This document shows, one piece after another, positions 12,703 to 26,872 of a stretch of 64,000 nucleotides of DNA. The notes under the pieces are model-generated. The model had not been told where the DNA came from and did not search any database. It saw nothing but the letters and a program-made list of their open reading frames with translations. Made by a program: the position numbers and the translations under genes. Position 1 is the stretch's first letter, and every line of letters begins with the position of its first letter. The DNA is from Botryllus schlosseri (Eukaryota), in contig CM119371.1 in assembly GCA_051294905.1 (NCBI GenBank), positions 11,038,001-11,102,000 of the forward strand, read 5' to 3'.

Positions 12703-13825
12703 CAAGAGGTGGGCAAACTTTTGAGCTCGCGGGCCGCATTCAACATCTGAATCCATTCGCGGGCCGTACTATATAAAATTTGGATTATTAACCAAAACGC
12801 AATGTTGGTATTTGATTATATAGTGAGGACATGGAGATAATATATATGCTAATTTAAAACAAAACAAACATTGCTTTGGTGATATCATACACGCGTCAGA
12901 AACAGTGGCGAGATTACATAGGCTGGTCGACCTCAATATCCAATTTCTCAAAACTATAGCGATGAAAGTCGGTTTTCCCTATTCTTAGAACAGGATTGAA
13001 ATTTAACTCTGTGAAAAGCGATATGTTCATAGATTTGCTAATTCAACTTTTGGTTTAGTTCCAGGACACACAATGGTGACAGCATCATAACCATGTTAGA
13101 GTCAAACAGGCCTCTACCATGTGTAGATAAAATATAAATACTCTAATTCCACGCATACAGAGAACGAATCTGCCTAAGACACCCGGAAATCGTTATTAAT
13201 AAGCACATCACTGAAATAATTAAAATTGGAGTGGCCAATCTGACATCACTATCGTGATCCGAATAATGCCAATCTCGTTTAGGATTTCTGTGATATTTAG
13301 CAGTTGTAACCTTTCAAACTGCGTCGGCCGATCGGGCTGTCGCGCCAGATATTCAACATAAAAAATATTATAGGACGTATTTACCTTAGAACAGTGGCTC
13401 TCAAACTTTTTAATACACGCCCTCCTTGTGACGGTTTAATATTTCCTTACCCCCCTATCGTCATATCACAAAACGCAACCAGGGTGCTAGCAAACCTAAC
13501 GGATAGGTTAATGGCATGAAAGGTTACGACTGTGGATGAGAGATTTTTAAATATGAAATTCAGACTAAATACAGAGCAATGAATATGTATTGGTTGGAAA
13601 TCGCGGGGACCCCAAGGGGGATCGCTCCCCAGTTTGAGAACCTTTGTCTTAGAATTATCATGGTGAAATATACTTAGAAAAAGTTTCATCAAGTCTCTGC
13701 AATAATTCGATTTTTACTACGCATTTTATCAATATTTATACCAAGTTTTTTTAGACTCGCGCGGGCGGCAGAGAACGGTGCTGCGGGGCGCATGCGGCCC
13801 GCGGGCCTTAGTTTGCCCACCCCTA
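12703..13825. mobile_element. hAT (Charlie-like) MITE containing a nested MITE at 13392-13646
   Basis: Ends ggtgggcaaact / agtttgcccacccc with gcgggccgc subterminals. The nested element has TSD ccttagaa / tcttagaa. Confidence 0.75.
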
Positions 13826-15844
13826 TTCAAGTATAACAATGGCTGTAAACATGTTCAAATAAATGCTCCGAAGATTTGAAACTGTGCTTATGTATATCCA
13901 ACTTCTTTTGAATATCGGCTGAATGTATTGGGGTTCTCGGACAAGGTATGAAATATCGGTTTTATCGGTATCGAACAAAAGTTCAATACCGGTCGGGCTA
14001 TAGAATATACCAAATCTTATTTTCTGCTATGTCCTGCAGCGATAAAGTGGCTTAAAACCCCATTGGAAGTCGAATATGTCCATTGTAGATGTCTCTGACA
14101 CTAACTTAATAACAGAAAGGGAAGTCGAATTGATGGATGAACTTTACCAGAAGTGCAAAAGGACATATATTCGAAGATTAAATTCGTAGCAAAGAATATC
14201 TTTGACTTTTAAGTTTTTTCTATATTTGAACAAGTTTCGAAAATTGAAATTAGTTCCTGCGGGACATTTTTTTTTCGATTGGAACAAAATAATTGTGATT
14301 TTGTAAATTTATGTCAAAATGTTCATTAATTCCTGTGACAGGCAATGTTTTTATCAAGTGATAACCCTAGTGTCCATACCTCATTGTAAAACCGGCTAGT
14401 AAGCGGTAAAGAGTGTTCGGAATTTGAGTCAAAAAAATACGGTAACCATATTTTAGGTATAGTTAGAAGATCCGATATTTCTATGGTAATGCGTATAGTT
14501 GTGCATTTCTTGTTGCATTAAGGTTATGAGTTCTAGCTCGGTCAAAGTCGACTATGAAATTCTCCTTAACTTTTGCTGGTTTATCTAGCCTCCTCGTCGG
14601 TATCTCTGAATTTGATATTAACATAATGGTATATAATGAATCGCCTTTGTCAGATTAAATACGAGTAGTTCATCTCGAGATGATAGCAACTCGCCCATAT
14701 GCAAGTCATTACTCACTTCAGCATCCCGGTGTCAAAGCGCATTCTGTGAATTCTGATAAACTGTTAAGCACCTGCCCACCAGAAGAATTTTTTGCTTATT
14801 GCATGCAAAATTCTACACACCAGCACAGAGATATGTGATACCTATTTTTCGAATCACATACCTAATCAAATCTAGAAAGCATTATTTTCACATTATTTCC
14901 AGCACTAAACATTTTTAGTATGAATAGAGTGTATGCGCTACAAGTATATTCTGAGATAATAAAATGATTACCACAAAGAGATGCATAGAAATACAGAACA
15001 TGCCAATACATTTGAATAATATAATCATATTTATTATTCCAAGCTTGACGAGCAGGCACTTAACAGGTTAAACGATCAGAAAGAATCCGTACATTCATAA
15101 TCTTTGATTAGTATCAATCGGTATTGTTATTTGATAACGTCATACGCATATTAAAAAAAGATATGAAAATACACAAGTCTATATTCAAACGATTACAGGC
15201 ATCGAGTGTACAATGAATTATAGGCCGGCTTGATACCGACACTATTTAGCACTATAATATCTACAATTATACAATAACAGGCTGCAGTTTTGAAGTAAAT
15301 GCCTTCCTCTATGATTTGTAGATGCAAGGTATTGTAAAATTCCATTTCCAAAACGGATTTGTCAACTGGAAAGCACCTAGGCTACAAGAATGGGATGCTT
15401 TCGACTTCATTTGAATAATAACGATTGGCGGAAAGATTTGCGTAGTTAAAGACATGTGACTGATACAATCGAAATAAACGCTGGAATTACTGCTTATACA
15501 GATTCCAGTGTGAGATGGTATGGTGTGATGGTCTGATCTATCTGGTCATTATGTTATTTTAGTAGTTCGTGAGCAGTTGTGAACTGTTGACTTTAAATGC
15601 GCGAATGCAATATGTCAGAAAGGGAATGAAATCACAATATTCTATTACCGTACAATAATATATAATGATAATGCTAGAGCATTACTTTGGTATTAATAAA
15701 ATTATGTTTTATATGTAATTAAAATTAAAAGGAACCTACTTGAACGGGCGTTGCAAGTATCCAGACTATTTGTAGACTGTAAAATTACAGCTGAGTCACT
15801 TGCGGCCACGCTCCTCGAGTCGATTGGTTATTTATACGGACAGG

Positions 15845-16008
15845 TTGTTTTTTGTGGCGTGTTCATGGTGTTTTTCGACTAGTATGGACAGTTAAACCCG
15901 GCGAATTTTCTTCATTTTTATTCCGTAACTGCCGAGTTGTAGCACGGCACACTTCTACAGGTTTTTATAAGACACCGCTTACAGGGATGAGCTGACGAGG
16001 AGGACATA
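15845..16008 (-). mobile_element. SINE family 1, 3' part
   Basis: Reverse complement matches the body and tail of 160-317. Confidence 0.8.
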
Positions 16009-16130
16009 GTAAACATTTCAGAAGAAATAGGATATTGATGAGCAAGCTGGTTTACTACAAGATCCGCGGGAATTATATGTAAGCTGATTAGAAAAGCAGT
16101 ATGACTACCTTCGTTTCATGGTCAGGTGTA

Positions 16131-16379
16131 TGTAGTGAGATAGCGCAGTAGCAGTACCCGCCACTGCAACACTATTAGAATGCATGTGCGAATACGACCG
16201 AGATCGAATTCAGAATTCTCGTCGCTATTCCATCCGCGTTAGCGGTGTCTTAAAAAGCCTAGAAGTGGACAATGCTACAAGTCTGCATCTGAGTCATAAT
16301 AATCTGCCGGGTGTGGTCAGGGTAGTCGTAAAACAACACGAATATCAAAAACAACAACAACAACAACAACAACAACAAT
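16131..16379 (+). mobile_element. SINE family 1, diverged copy with (CAA)n tail
   Basis: Head gtagtgagatagcgcagtag...ctgcaacac, body catccgcgttagcggtgtc, (caa)n tail. Confidence 0.8.
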
Positions 16380-16697
16380 ATCAGGTATTTCGTTCAGTCT
16401 GTTTGTGTAGCAATATGTCTGAATTATTCTCAACGTAACATTTGTTAATGTAAAATCAACTTGATTGTGAATCCTTATTTCGATGTCACCTAGTCGCTTG
16501 TGAGGAGTGTAGAAATTACCAATTGCATTGCGGAAGTCACACATACAGCAATGGTGCGCTTACAATCCAATGCATGGGATCGATGAGAATTCTTACTCAT
16601 TATACATCCTGGTTGACGCACTCAATTACAATAGAAATAGTCAATGGGTCATTTCAATTCGGCGGAGAGATGATTAGAGTTGCTTCCAATGGCAGAT

Positions 16698-16947
16698 TTA
16701 ACTGCTCCCGTAAAGTACGTTTTCCTTCATGACACTGTCTCTGCCATCACCAGTCACAGGAAGATCTGCAAACGTGTACGTCATATCCGATTGGTGTGCT
16801 ATCTCCTGATTCGTGACTTTTTTGGCGGTTGTAGAAGTACCGCCTTTTTTATTGCTTGGAGCGTCATCTGTCACTGCCGCGTATGTACCTTCCACATCAC
16901 AAAGAGCGAATCCTTTGTCTTCGGGGATAATTCTTTGTCTCCTTCTT
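16698..16947 (-). CDS. Receptor gene A, last exon (cytoplasmic tail with Tyr motifs)
   Basis: Acceptor acattttcag; phase 2 matches the TM exon. Reads RRRQRIIPEDKGFALCDVEGTYAAVTDDAPS...SDMTYTFADLP...VMKENVLYGSS*. Clear paralog at 57822-58071. Confidence 0.85.
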
Positions 16948-17493
16948 CTGAAAATGTACGTCATAGTTCGGTACTGTTACAATCGGGGCTCGCCAACTCA
17001 TAGCGGGTCGCGAGCCGCTTTTCAAATATTCTAGAGGCCGCGGGCCACATGAATTCAATATCGAGCTTTTAAACTGCAGCATATTTTTAAAACTGCACGT
17101 CAGCACAGTGCAGTGCTTCCTCTCTCTCTCTCTCTCCCGCTCTCTGATATTGGCAAAAACCATAGTTTACACAAAAGAAATATTATTTTACTAAATGAAT
17201 ACAAATACAACAAACATATCATGATCATCACTTTCATTCGATCTTGAGCTAGGAGCTGCGCGCGATAGTAGGGGTTCTTAAAGTATGGGACTCTACCCGA
17301 ACATGGATCGCGAAGGGTATCATTTTGGGTCGCGACTGCACTATATGGCTTGGTCATGAAAATGTGCTGACCTTTTAAACACAAACTGATGTGAATTCAT
17401 GATAAGATTTGTCCAACATTGGATTCTCTGAAAACCACCGTCGGTGGCCACTGGGGTGCGTTAGTGCAATGGTGTGCATTGTGCAACGAGCGT

Positions 17494-17587
17494 TTGTTTT
17501 GTTTGTTTTATTCACAACCGAACTCGAACCAGCAACCATTGGTGTCGTGACTGCAGTGTTTAACCAACTGCGCCACTCGCTTCCCCA
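17494..17587 (-). mobile_element. Minimal tRNA-derived SINE (head plus (AAAC)n tail)
   Basis: Reverse complement GGGGAAGCGAGTGGCGCAGTTGG...GGTTCGAGTTCGG..AATAAAACAAAC, perfect 12-bp TSD TGCAACGAGCGT. Confidence 0.85.
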
Positions 17588-17839
17588 TGCAACGAGCGTG
17601 TGCGGAACTATGAGACACAGTTATTGGGTGACCAGCCCCTTCCGCGCCGGGACATATGAAGACATGAAGTTTTAGCCAACATATATGGCTGGACAAAATG
17701 ACGGCCATTGGTGGCCGAAACCTTCAACCCTGATCTGTCCGGCCGTCGGCCTTCTCTTTAATGTGTCAATATTGGGTCGCGAGATGCCAATAAAACTCAG
17801 GTTTGGGTCGCAGTGTAAAAAGTTTATAAAACAATAAAA

Positions 17840-18926
17840 TAGGGTTGCCATACGTCCGGAATTTCCAGGACATGTCCAGAATTTCACCGTTCAAACTACG
17901 TCCGGGAGGAAATTTCAAAATATGCCTAAATGTCCAGAATTTTGAAGGCTTGATATAAGATCAAAATTATTTTGTAAATCAACATAAACGATTTTATTTT
18001 TGGGCAGATTTATGTCACTTGAGTGCTACGCGCGAGTTGGTGTTACATTCAATGATTTTAATATGTGAACCACCAACCCCGTAAAATATGCAATCGTAAA
18101 TATGTAAAAATAACCATCATTTAGTGATACGAGTCTAATTTTGATCGCAATTATAGAAGAACATCATATTCCTAGAGTCGGTTCAGGTTATTTATATGCT
18201 GTAGTCAAAGTCAGTGGCTCTAAATCAGGAGGTCGTTTGATTTTATTCGGGGGTTCCCAAAGATGTTGAACGTAATCAGCTTATCAAATTGTGAGCTGAG
18301 CCGCAGAACATCTTTAACCTATAGAAATGGAGTCGCGACCATTAAAGGTTAAAGACCACCATATGTGAAACCTGCTGGTGCGGACGGGCATTTAGGCTCC
18401 GAAATAGTGTTATCCGTGTGACATGACATGACTTTACGATGTATATTTACGTTCCCTGCATTTTCGACGTAATTTATTCTTCCCCAGCTCTACCGCTAAC
18501 TATGATCATGTCGGCGGAGAGGATAAAGGTTTTATAGTATTATATGGAAGAACCAATATTATAGACAGATTTCATTCACAAAATTCATACATAGAATAGA
18601 TGCATAGAATCCAGATGTTTATAGTACGTCCTCCAGAATGTGCACCGATTACCCTATGATGGGCTCAAGATCAGTGTTTATTTGGACGGGAGGGGGCTGA
18701 AAAAATGTATTTTCGGTCCTGGTTACAACAAACAACCACATAAATTAACCGACCGAACATTATAGCGGATCATGATCCGGATTGTGACCACCTCTGGTCG
18801 ATAGGCAAAGCTTTGTTAGTATGACGTACTTTTAGCAGACGACAATTTGGCATACCTCATCTTAAAATCCGCTTGTGGGGGCTAAAGAGTACTCGGAATG
18901 GACTCAACAAAATTATGGCAACCTTA
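17840..18926. mobile_element. hAT-type MITE, TAGGGTTGCCA family
   Basis: TIR tagggttgccata / tatggcaacctta, gtccgga repeats. Internal sequence is collinear with 36886-40449. Nested inside other Charlie-like MITEs spanning ~16984-19283. Confidence 0.8.
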
Positions 18927-19697
18927 GACTAGCTAGACTAAGAAATCGATGTTGCTGGAAAACTATCTTCTCCAAAGGCTTGATCCTGTGTTGAAGCCCT
19001 AGGTCGTTTTCTAAGCGTCGTGGTCTTGTCAGTGTATGGGCAATTGCAAGTCCAAGCCACGTGCCAATTCATATCAGCTAATTTTTCCTCCACTATCGCA
19101 GAGCCCTATAGTCTAATGAGGGATAGCGATGTTGGGCACAGAGGAATAGCTTACTTTGAACAAGAACAATGATCTTTTTAAACTGAAATAAATTTCAGCA
19201 TTTCAAGACGATTTAGGCTTTCTTTCGAAATTTCAAATCAGGTTGTGGGCCGCAAAATATGATCTCGCGTGCTCGTGACCCTGGTTTAAATCATACAGGC
19301 ATAGCCCTATGTTAAACCAGCGAATCTGATATGGCACCTTTGCCTCTCGTAATTTTCAGCGGTGACATTGTGACGGGTGATGACATCTTATGCTCGCTGA
19401 CGAACTGACGACATTGTAGCATAAAAATTGCCCGAGCTCCGTCTTTGCCAATTATTCGTGAACTTTTTTTTAACGTGGATGTATATATATATAACATGGC
19501 GATACGTCAGCATAAAACAAATCAGGATATAAGTATAAATTAAACACATATCTTATAAATTGGAAAAATGTAATTTTATAATATGCTGTTGTAGTTTAAA
19601 CGATGACTTTTCATAGACCCCTTGAAACTTGTCTCATAAATTCACCTCATAAATTGGAAGTGCATAGCAAAAACCGATTCGCACGAATTGTAATGAC

Positions 19698-20589
19698 TAG
19701 GGTGATTTTTTACCTAAAAAAATGGAAATTGTGACCTGAAAAATCAAAGTTTTGACATTTTTTGACCTGAACATACTGAATTTTGACCAAATATCGACAT
19801 AACGTCTGCAAATTAGGTGTTTTCCCACATCATGGTAAAATTTTACCACTTATCTTCATTTCTGGTTATAACTGGCTGTCCTGACGAAGTAGTTTGTTCT
19901 CAAAAAACGTTTTGGCTTAAAAACAGGCAAATTGATACATAAAAAACGAATATGTTAACGAAATCTGGCCCTATGAAGAATTCTAGTAGTTAAGTTACTA
20001 TACGTATTATGGTAGAAATAATTAAAATTCGTTGTAGTACAACGTGAAATAGTTTCCTACATTGTTGGGTAGAAAGTTCATATCCTTACTAAGAAGCTTG
20101 CCAAGAATGGAGAAAGAACGTTCAACAGCAGCAGTTGTTGGCTGCTAACACTCAAGTGGCGCGCACACTGCTGGTGACAAACCGTGTTGCTTCATTCGCA
20201 CAATTTTTCATTATGCGCTTCTAAGTATAATAATGATGCAATGCCCAAGAACTCTTTTTTCAGTTAGGATATTGCAGTACGTTGACCATATCACCATGTC
20301 CACCTATTTGTTTTAATGGACTATTTATGATTCACAATGAGCTGAAAATCGGCCATTTACAACTGTAAGGCCTATAAAGTCGGCTACAAGCTGTAAAATA
20401 TCAAATGATAACTTCACCGATAGTGCCAAATCTACGATACATACGAAATGCAGGCGTCAAAAAGAATTTGACTTTATGAACAATTTTGACAAATTTTAAC
20501 TTTGTGAACAATCTTGACAAATTTTCCCCAAACACTACAATTTTGACAAAATTTTAACAATTTTTAACATATCAAAATAAATCGCCCTA
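19698..20589. mobile_element. hAT-type MITE (TAGGGTGATTT) with ttttgac repeats
   Basis: TIR tagggtgattt / aaatcgcccta, imperfect TSD gtaatgac / gtagtgat. Confidence 0.7.
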
Positions 20590-21201
20590 GTAGTGATTCT
20601 TCGTCACTTGACCACTTCCCACATTCATAGCTGACCTTATTCAGATGCTTATTTTTGCAACCCATGTAAGAGAACATTTTTATTTTGGTAAGTTCACAAT
20701 AACATTGGTATTTTGGTTCGTCGTTCACGGCTCGGGTTGCGAACCGTGTCTTGCATGAAGAGTGGTCGATTTATTTTGTCCCAATCTGATTGTAATACCC
20801 ATTATTTGATGATGCTCCCTAGGAAGCTACTTCAAAGGTCTCGATTAAGACCGAGAAAGTTCGAGAACCCGACGTGTGTGTCCAAACTGTCCATGCAGTT
20901 AAATCTCCAGGATATTTTAGAGACCTGTGGCTGCAATAAATCACTAGAAATACTCCGGCGTAGCAATCTAGACTGTGCCTCAGGTTTAGTAGGGCTGTTG
21001 GATATCATTTTTCAATGTTATCATCGTCATAATATACAGTGTAAACCCTTCATCTTTGGCGATAGACCCTCAATACTGTCATATTATCGTTTACATTTTG
21101 CATATATGCTCGAAAATATTTTGAGGATATGAGGATATTGTTTGATGAAAAGCATTTCATTAGAGAACTTATTGAGCTTTATACAAGTTTTATTCATTTA
21201 C

Positions 21202-21301
21202 CTCGTGTACAGCATGACCATGGCCGCCAATAAAATAAGCGCAACAAGTATACAAGTAACGATCGCTACAACAACTCCCGTGCTGTGCAGTGATGAAGCA
21301 C
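21202..21301 (-). CDS. Receptor gene A, transmembrane exon
   Basis: ttttccag|...|gtaaat, 100 nt, phase 1/2. Reads (G)ASSLHSTGVVVAIVTCILVALILLAAMVMLYT(R). Confidence 0.87.
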
Positions 21302-21420
21302 CTGGAAAATTTAATAAGTATTGTCTCAAATATTGTAATTGGGTAATGTGGGTATCCTAAAACGCTTGGTGATGGTGATTGCTAAATCCCCTCGAATCAG
21401 TGTTGAAAGTGAGAATCTAC

Positions 21421-24317
21421 TAGGGATGTTGTGAACGTGATGTTTACGTTTGCGTTCTGTGGGTGAACCTCGCAAATTTAGAGGTTCTCTTTCACAAACG
21501 AGCCTTGGTAGGCTCTGCACTGTGAACCGTTTTCATATATTACAATTTTCAGTTCATTGTAACATATTTGGTTCAAATTTATAGCGTTTTAACTGCGGGC
21601 CACTATTTGCATGGCGCTGGCATCATAACAAATCAACACTAAACGAGCAGGCACCCTGACAATCTCCAAAATTTCACTTGCTTTGTTACAAAAGTTGGCT
21701 CGAATATCCATGTACGCTCTTAGGTGAGCTCGACTCACAATCAAAAAACATAAAAATAGAAATACACTACATGTAGGTAGTCAGCGAATGATGCTTATTC
21801 GACCAATCAATGAAATTGATATCGTTTTATGATGTAAAAAATCTAGCAGGCGTGCGGGTTCATCTTGATTTCATACGTTCATTGTACCTTAAAAACCAAA
21901 TCCGCGCAATTGGGTTGTTGGCTACTGCTGTATCACATGATAACGGGGTATTATCGATAGCAAGTATAGAAACCCGTTTTACACTCTGCTCAGTGTAAAC
22001 GTAGCAATACTTGGACGCCGAATATATTGTCCGGTCTGGCCTAGACAGTTAAGACGTACGCTTATATTCCCTTGTAAGTCCTCGTCGAAATCGTTGGCAA
22101 AGAGGCCGAAGATATTTATTTTATGGGATTATTATATCATTCGATTGCTCTAGTTGATACAGTTGGTGACGTTTAGAACGTCAATATCTAATTCAGCATT
22201 GTGGCATTATGTGACCCGAGTCGTCGCTAGGTATCGTGTACATCAGAAGGCACAAACACGCGGCCCGCGACAGAATTTTGAAATTTTAAGTATTCAACAA
22301 TATATTCAAGTGCCATATATACTTTTTAGATATAGACCTTAAAGTTCACTCTAAAACTACAATAAAAACCAATGAAATATTCACAAACTTCACCATCACA
22401 TCACTTTTAAAAGCTACTATGCGGTAGAAAATCAGCTATTACGTCAGATTTCTAGTTCATGATGATAAAACATGACCCTCTTATGATTCGTGACTGAAAA
22501 TTGCGATTTGGTTTGGTGCGACCTTCTAGTAAAATTACTGAGGTTGACTGGGTGACTAAATAAAAATGACTCGAAGTGAGTCGGGTCAAACGTTAAAATC
22601 AGAGAAGGACTCGCGACTCGAAACGGTGACTTGGTAATCCCACTGATGCAGCAATCTATTTAACTGTCATGTGGAATAGTAATATATCAAAAGGTCATAG
22701 CTTGCCTTGCATAGGTTGTATAGCTATCTAATCAGGTCAATATTGCAACCCTTGGCATTCTATGACCCCCGTGAAATATAGTTGGTTAGATGCTGGGTAT
22801 TGTTTGTTCTCTTTATCCATGTTATTATCTGTGGCGAGCAAGATAGTAGTATGCTCTACAGCTGTAACACCAATGAATTATTTGCCGATTGGACATTTCT
22901 ATTCCTGGGATTCTTAACCAGGGTCCGTTGATCCCATCGGGGTACGAAGCACCATGGCACATCAGGGTTTTAGCACGCTTTGGCACGCTACCTGAGTATG
23001 GACTATACGCCGCGTTCCCTCTAGGGTCCGCAACAGAGAGTCGGCGGATACGTTGGCCAGCACTTTATTGCACGACAGAAAACATCAACGGACTAACGGT
23101 AAAACATCCGATAAAATAACAGCGTTGGTCGTACAGCGTCGGTCGATCGTCAGGTAAAAAGTCAGCACCACTTGTCAGGTAAAAGGGCCGTAACAGTCGT
23201 CAGGTATAAAGGCGGTGGCACTTGTCAGGTAAAAAGCCAGCATGCATGCAACGAAGGTCTTCGTTAAATAGGCGAAAACCAGACACAATGATCAGCAATG
23301 ATTGTTTATTGGATGATCCGGCGTCGAGAGGGTATGTGTGGTACACCAATCCGCCATGGGGTGTACTAGATGCATCGTGGAATTAGCCCAATAAGCTGTG
23401 GAATATTTTATTGGCCAATTCTTTCAACTGGAAAATAGTCTTCGCGCTACGCACGATTTTATGTGAATGAGCATTCTGATTTTAATATAGGTACCATTAG
23501 AAATTGTGTTGAAAATGTACAGGGGGTACGAGACATCTCATTGGAAGCACAAGGGGTACGATAGCTAAAAAGGTTAAGAAGCAATGCTTTTACTATGGCT
23601 CAATAATTATTATCTTTAAGTTGTTATTGATATGTTCCAATATTAATCGAAGGAAAAATCTAACGCTTATTTAATTTGAATTTGGCAATGACAGTGACAA
23701 TAGCCTACACTTATCACGACTATATCAAAACCAGAATAAGGCCACACCGCTCAAATGCTCTGATATCAGATGAATCTTGATTCGATTTTAAAATATTCTG
23801 CATAAAATTGTGGCACGTCAAAGGTCCACTAGCTGCAACATTATAACCCGACAGTTTTACTATGTCATGATGCATCCTCTCGCATTATGTCTATCACTCT
23901 AATTAATTTTTTTTCAATATGCCCGGCGGCCCAAAAAGAATTTTATTCAAATATTTGAAAATGTGATTTTTTTTTCGTGTCAAGCGTGAACAATACAATA
24001 GTTAATTACATTTCCACGGCGTTTGTGGAATGCCTGTCTGCAAGGTCCCGTAAAAAATTCCTACTTGAAAATTATACATTGAATATTCCTATTACTGATG
24101 CTGCGGCCCGCGGCAGCATAAAAAACGAGGGAATTAGCCCGCTAGCAGATTTGAGTTTGAGACCTCTGGTGTGCATTAATACAGGAAATGTAGGGTTGGA
24201 ATGAGTAATATGACGCCACGTGACGTCATGAGGTTCACGTTCGCGTTCACACAGAACCTTTCAAAAAGATTCGCGTTCACACGAACCTGAACCTTTCAGA
24301 GGTTCACACCATCCCTA
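21421..24317. mobile_element. TAGGGATG-family MITE interrupted by nested elements
   Basis: Both ends match 882-1442; no clean TSD. Confidence 0.8.
22244..24168. mobile_element. CAGAGGTCTC-family hAT MITE, older copy with inner MITE but no LINE
   Basis: Collinear with 32587-36535, TSD gtgtacat / gtgtgcat. Shows the empty site cacatcagggt at ~22958. Confidence 0.85.
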
Positions 24318-24885
24318 CTAAATACTCTACACGGCTTTCTGCCACGTGTTTATTGTATGTCATACATCTTTGTTGCAATACAAAGTATGCATGATGAGAA
24401 ATCATGATTTCACAAAGCATTCGATAATACATAATTTTCGATTGGGATTACAATTACTATGTTGGCATTTTTCAAATGTAGTCGATGGACCCATGTTTGC
24501 TAACTCTAACGCGCTCCAAGCAAGCCCTTCTATTTCACACAAATTTTTACAGTTAACCGTCATATACAATTTTATATATTCATATTTAAATATTATATTT
24601 ATTCCATATAAAAGATTTGTCGACTTGTACTACTTAAATATTCTTGAATCATTCCACTGCAACATTTTGGGCCTGAGCTACTGAATGTTAAAATATTCCT
24701 ATTTTGTCAAGTATATATATATTCATCATTGTCTAGAATTATCTGTCTTCCTCTCAGTGAAGTCAGCGAGTAATATGATGAATTCAAGGAATGTTCATCA
24801 CAGATGCTACCAAAGCATCATGTATTCGCATATCGAACAGGCAAATGCACATTAAAAACAGTAAACCATAACAACCATCACGCAC

Positions 24886-24984
24886 CTCCTTCGGTTGAAA
24901 GTATTGCGGACGACGACGGCATAGTGGTTGTTACTGTAGACTCAGGTGTAGAATCTGATACAGAAGTCATGATGCTGCTTTGTT
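24886..24984 (-). CDS. Receptor gene A, S/T-rich stalk exon
   Basis: ttttttag|...|gtgcgt, 99 nt, phase 1/1. Reads (E)QSSIMTSVSDSTPESTVTTTMPSSSAILSTEG. Confidence 0.82.
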
Positions 24985-25329
24985 CTAAAAAATCGTATAT
25001 TATACTTAAGAAGATGACAAAATATTGTAACAGGCTACATTAGTCTGGAATTTTTGTAAATGGAAGTAGCTATGTCTAAAGTTGACGCTTACGACATTCG
25101 ATATACGATCTACACACGCGCTCATAAGAAAGCTATAAAAACGGTGGAAGAACTGCTGTAATGCCGCGACTCTTCGACTAATATTTGACAACAACTCAAA
25201 ACCAGCCTTCAATTTGTGAGATAGCAGTCCCTTCAGTATATCATATCTCATATATCAAAGGTATAAGGGAAAAACCGATATGGACATTTGCGATAAGTTG
25301 AATATGTGCTGTGAAACTTTCCAAAAGTA

Positions 25330-26659
25330 GGAGAGACCGGGAACAACACGAAGCAAATGTAATAATCGCCCTCACCGCTAGTATGATGGAGAAATCACCT
25401 TCATATTCTGAGTCCACATGCGGCAGTTGTCTCCTAACATACCTAAAGTTACGTTAAGCTACGACGCGAAACCCAAGAATAATTAAAAAAAAATAAAAAT
25501 TTTGCACAATTGAGTAAATATTTTCAGGTCTGGAATAATTTTTTCAGAAGAATAATACCTCAGATGGCGACAACGTAGCTGGAACAATGCTACCATAGTC
25601 TAGCGTGATGATAGGAAAACTAGGAATTGCATCGCAGGGAAGGTACCATACTGAGACCCTAATCATGGTCGAGCGTGTCAGGGGCAATTTTAACACTCTG
25701 ATACTTTTGCCCCGTTACAATATCTTTTCAATGCTAAATATCTGTATTCATATGTTGGTATAACCATTTATCTACTGCAGATGAATCTTGTAACAGCAAG
25801 AAGTTCAATACCAGAACAGACACTATCTTGTCATTTCAATTTTAACATGATCCTCCGTAGGAACGGCCATACAGAAGTGGTGATGTGAATCATAGGGTTC
25901 GGTTATTTCCATGATTCTAACACCTTTTCTCATGCTGATCGACTTTTTGTGCATCGATCTTCAAAGGTCACTTAAGAACTTGGCCATGACTGAATGCTCA
26001 TTCCCTAACTTGGAGCATGCCCCATTTAAATTTTGACATTTGGTGTTCACAGTTTACTTTAATTTTAATTTAATTTTACTACGCTATCACCATCATTCAA
26101 CCAAGATATTTTAGCCAGGTCGGTTTCGCACCTTCGCATGTGACCCAATGCCTAACCCATTATGCACGCTGAACTACAGCACCTTGGTAGAAGAGACCGG
26201 ATGTGTGTAGGGAAATGATGGCATGAATGTGTTTCTTGTACACTTTTGATCTCATGCAAAAGGCACGACGGGTGATACTTTATTCGTATGCCAAAAATGC
26301 GATGGCGCGTAGCCTGAAAGCGCACAAATTTCTCGTTTTAAATTTAATGCAATAATACAATTTGTGTTCCCGTTTTTGTTGTTCATTTCGTTTGTTTTTA
26401 TTCATAAATAATCCTGTTATTATTGCCACACATGGGCATTAAAATTGCCCCTGGGTACAGGGCGATTGTAACATTTTCGAGACGATTTTCGCGATCAAAA
26501 ATTTTTATGATTGACTGTTGACTGAGTTCCATTTTTGTTTTTCTATCCACTATCGATTTGTTGGCTTCTTTATATAAAACTTTGAAAATAAAATATTCCC
26601 GTGAAAAACACGTAATTCTACGAAATACAAAAAGTGTTAGAATTGCCCCCGGTGTCCCC
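25330..26659. mobile_element. Non-autonomous DNA transposon with TA TSD (Tc1/mariner/pogo-like)
   Basis: TA-ggagagaccggg ... cccggtgtcccc-TA, internal ggggcaa / ttgcccc repeats. Confidence 0.65.
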
Positions 26660-26809
26660 TACAAAACATCAATAAATATGTAAACTAAGCGATTGTTCCG
26701 ACCATTTCTTCGCTGGCCAGATCGGCCAAGAAAACTCCCTAATAAGAGTATAGTTGAGACTGATTGAGCCTCACATTGCTAGAAAGAACCTCAGTAATTT
26801 ATCACATAC

Positions 26810-26872
26810 CGAAATTTACTGTGCTTTGGTCCGTCGCCGTTGTCTCTGTGGATGTGGACTCGAACGTTGAAA
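26810..26872 (-). CDS. Receptor gene A, S/T-rich stalk exon
   Basis: tgtctttcag|...|gtatgt, 63 nt, phase 1/1. Reads (V)STFESTSTETTATDQSTVNF. Confidence 0.8.

Noticed and set aside
13100..15410. Ectodomain exons of receptor C (~13117-13210, ~15210-15365)
   Set aside because: In-frame stops and no convincing similarity to gene A.
16184..16438. Poly-Q protein
   Set aside because: The Q run is the (CAA)n tail of a SINE.
23145..23242. CRISPR-like array of gtcaggtaaaa repeats
   Set aside because: Only ~4 units of ~25 bp with short, related spacers, inside a MITE. The context is eukaryotic and there are no cas genes, so it is a minisatellite.
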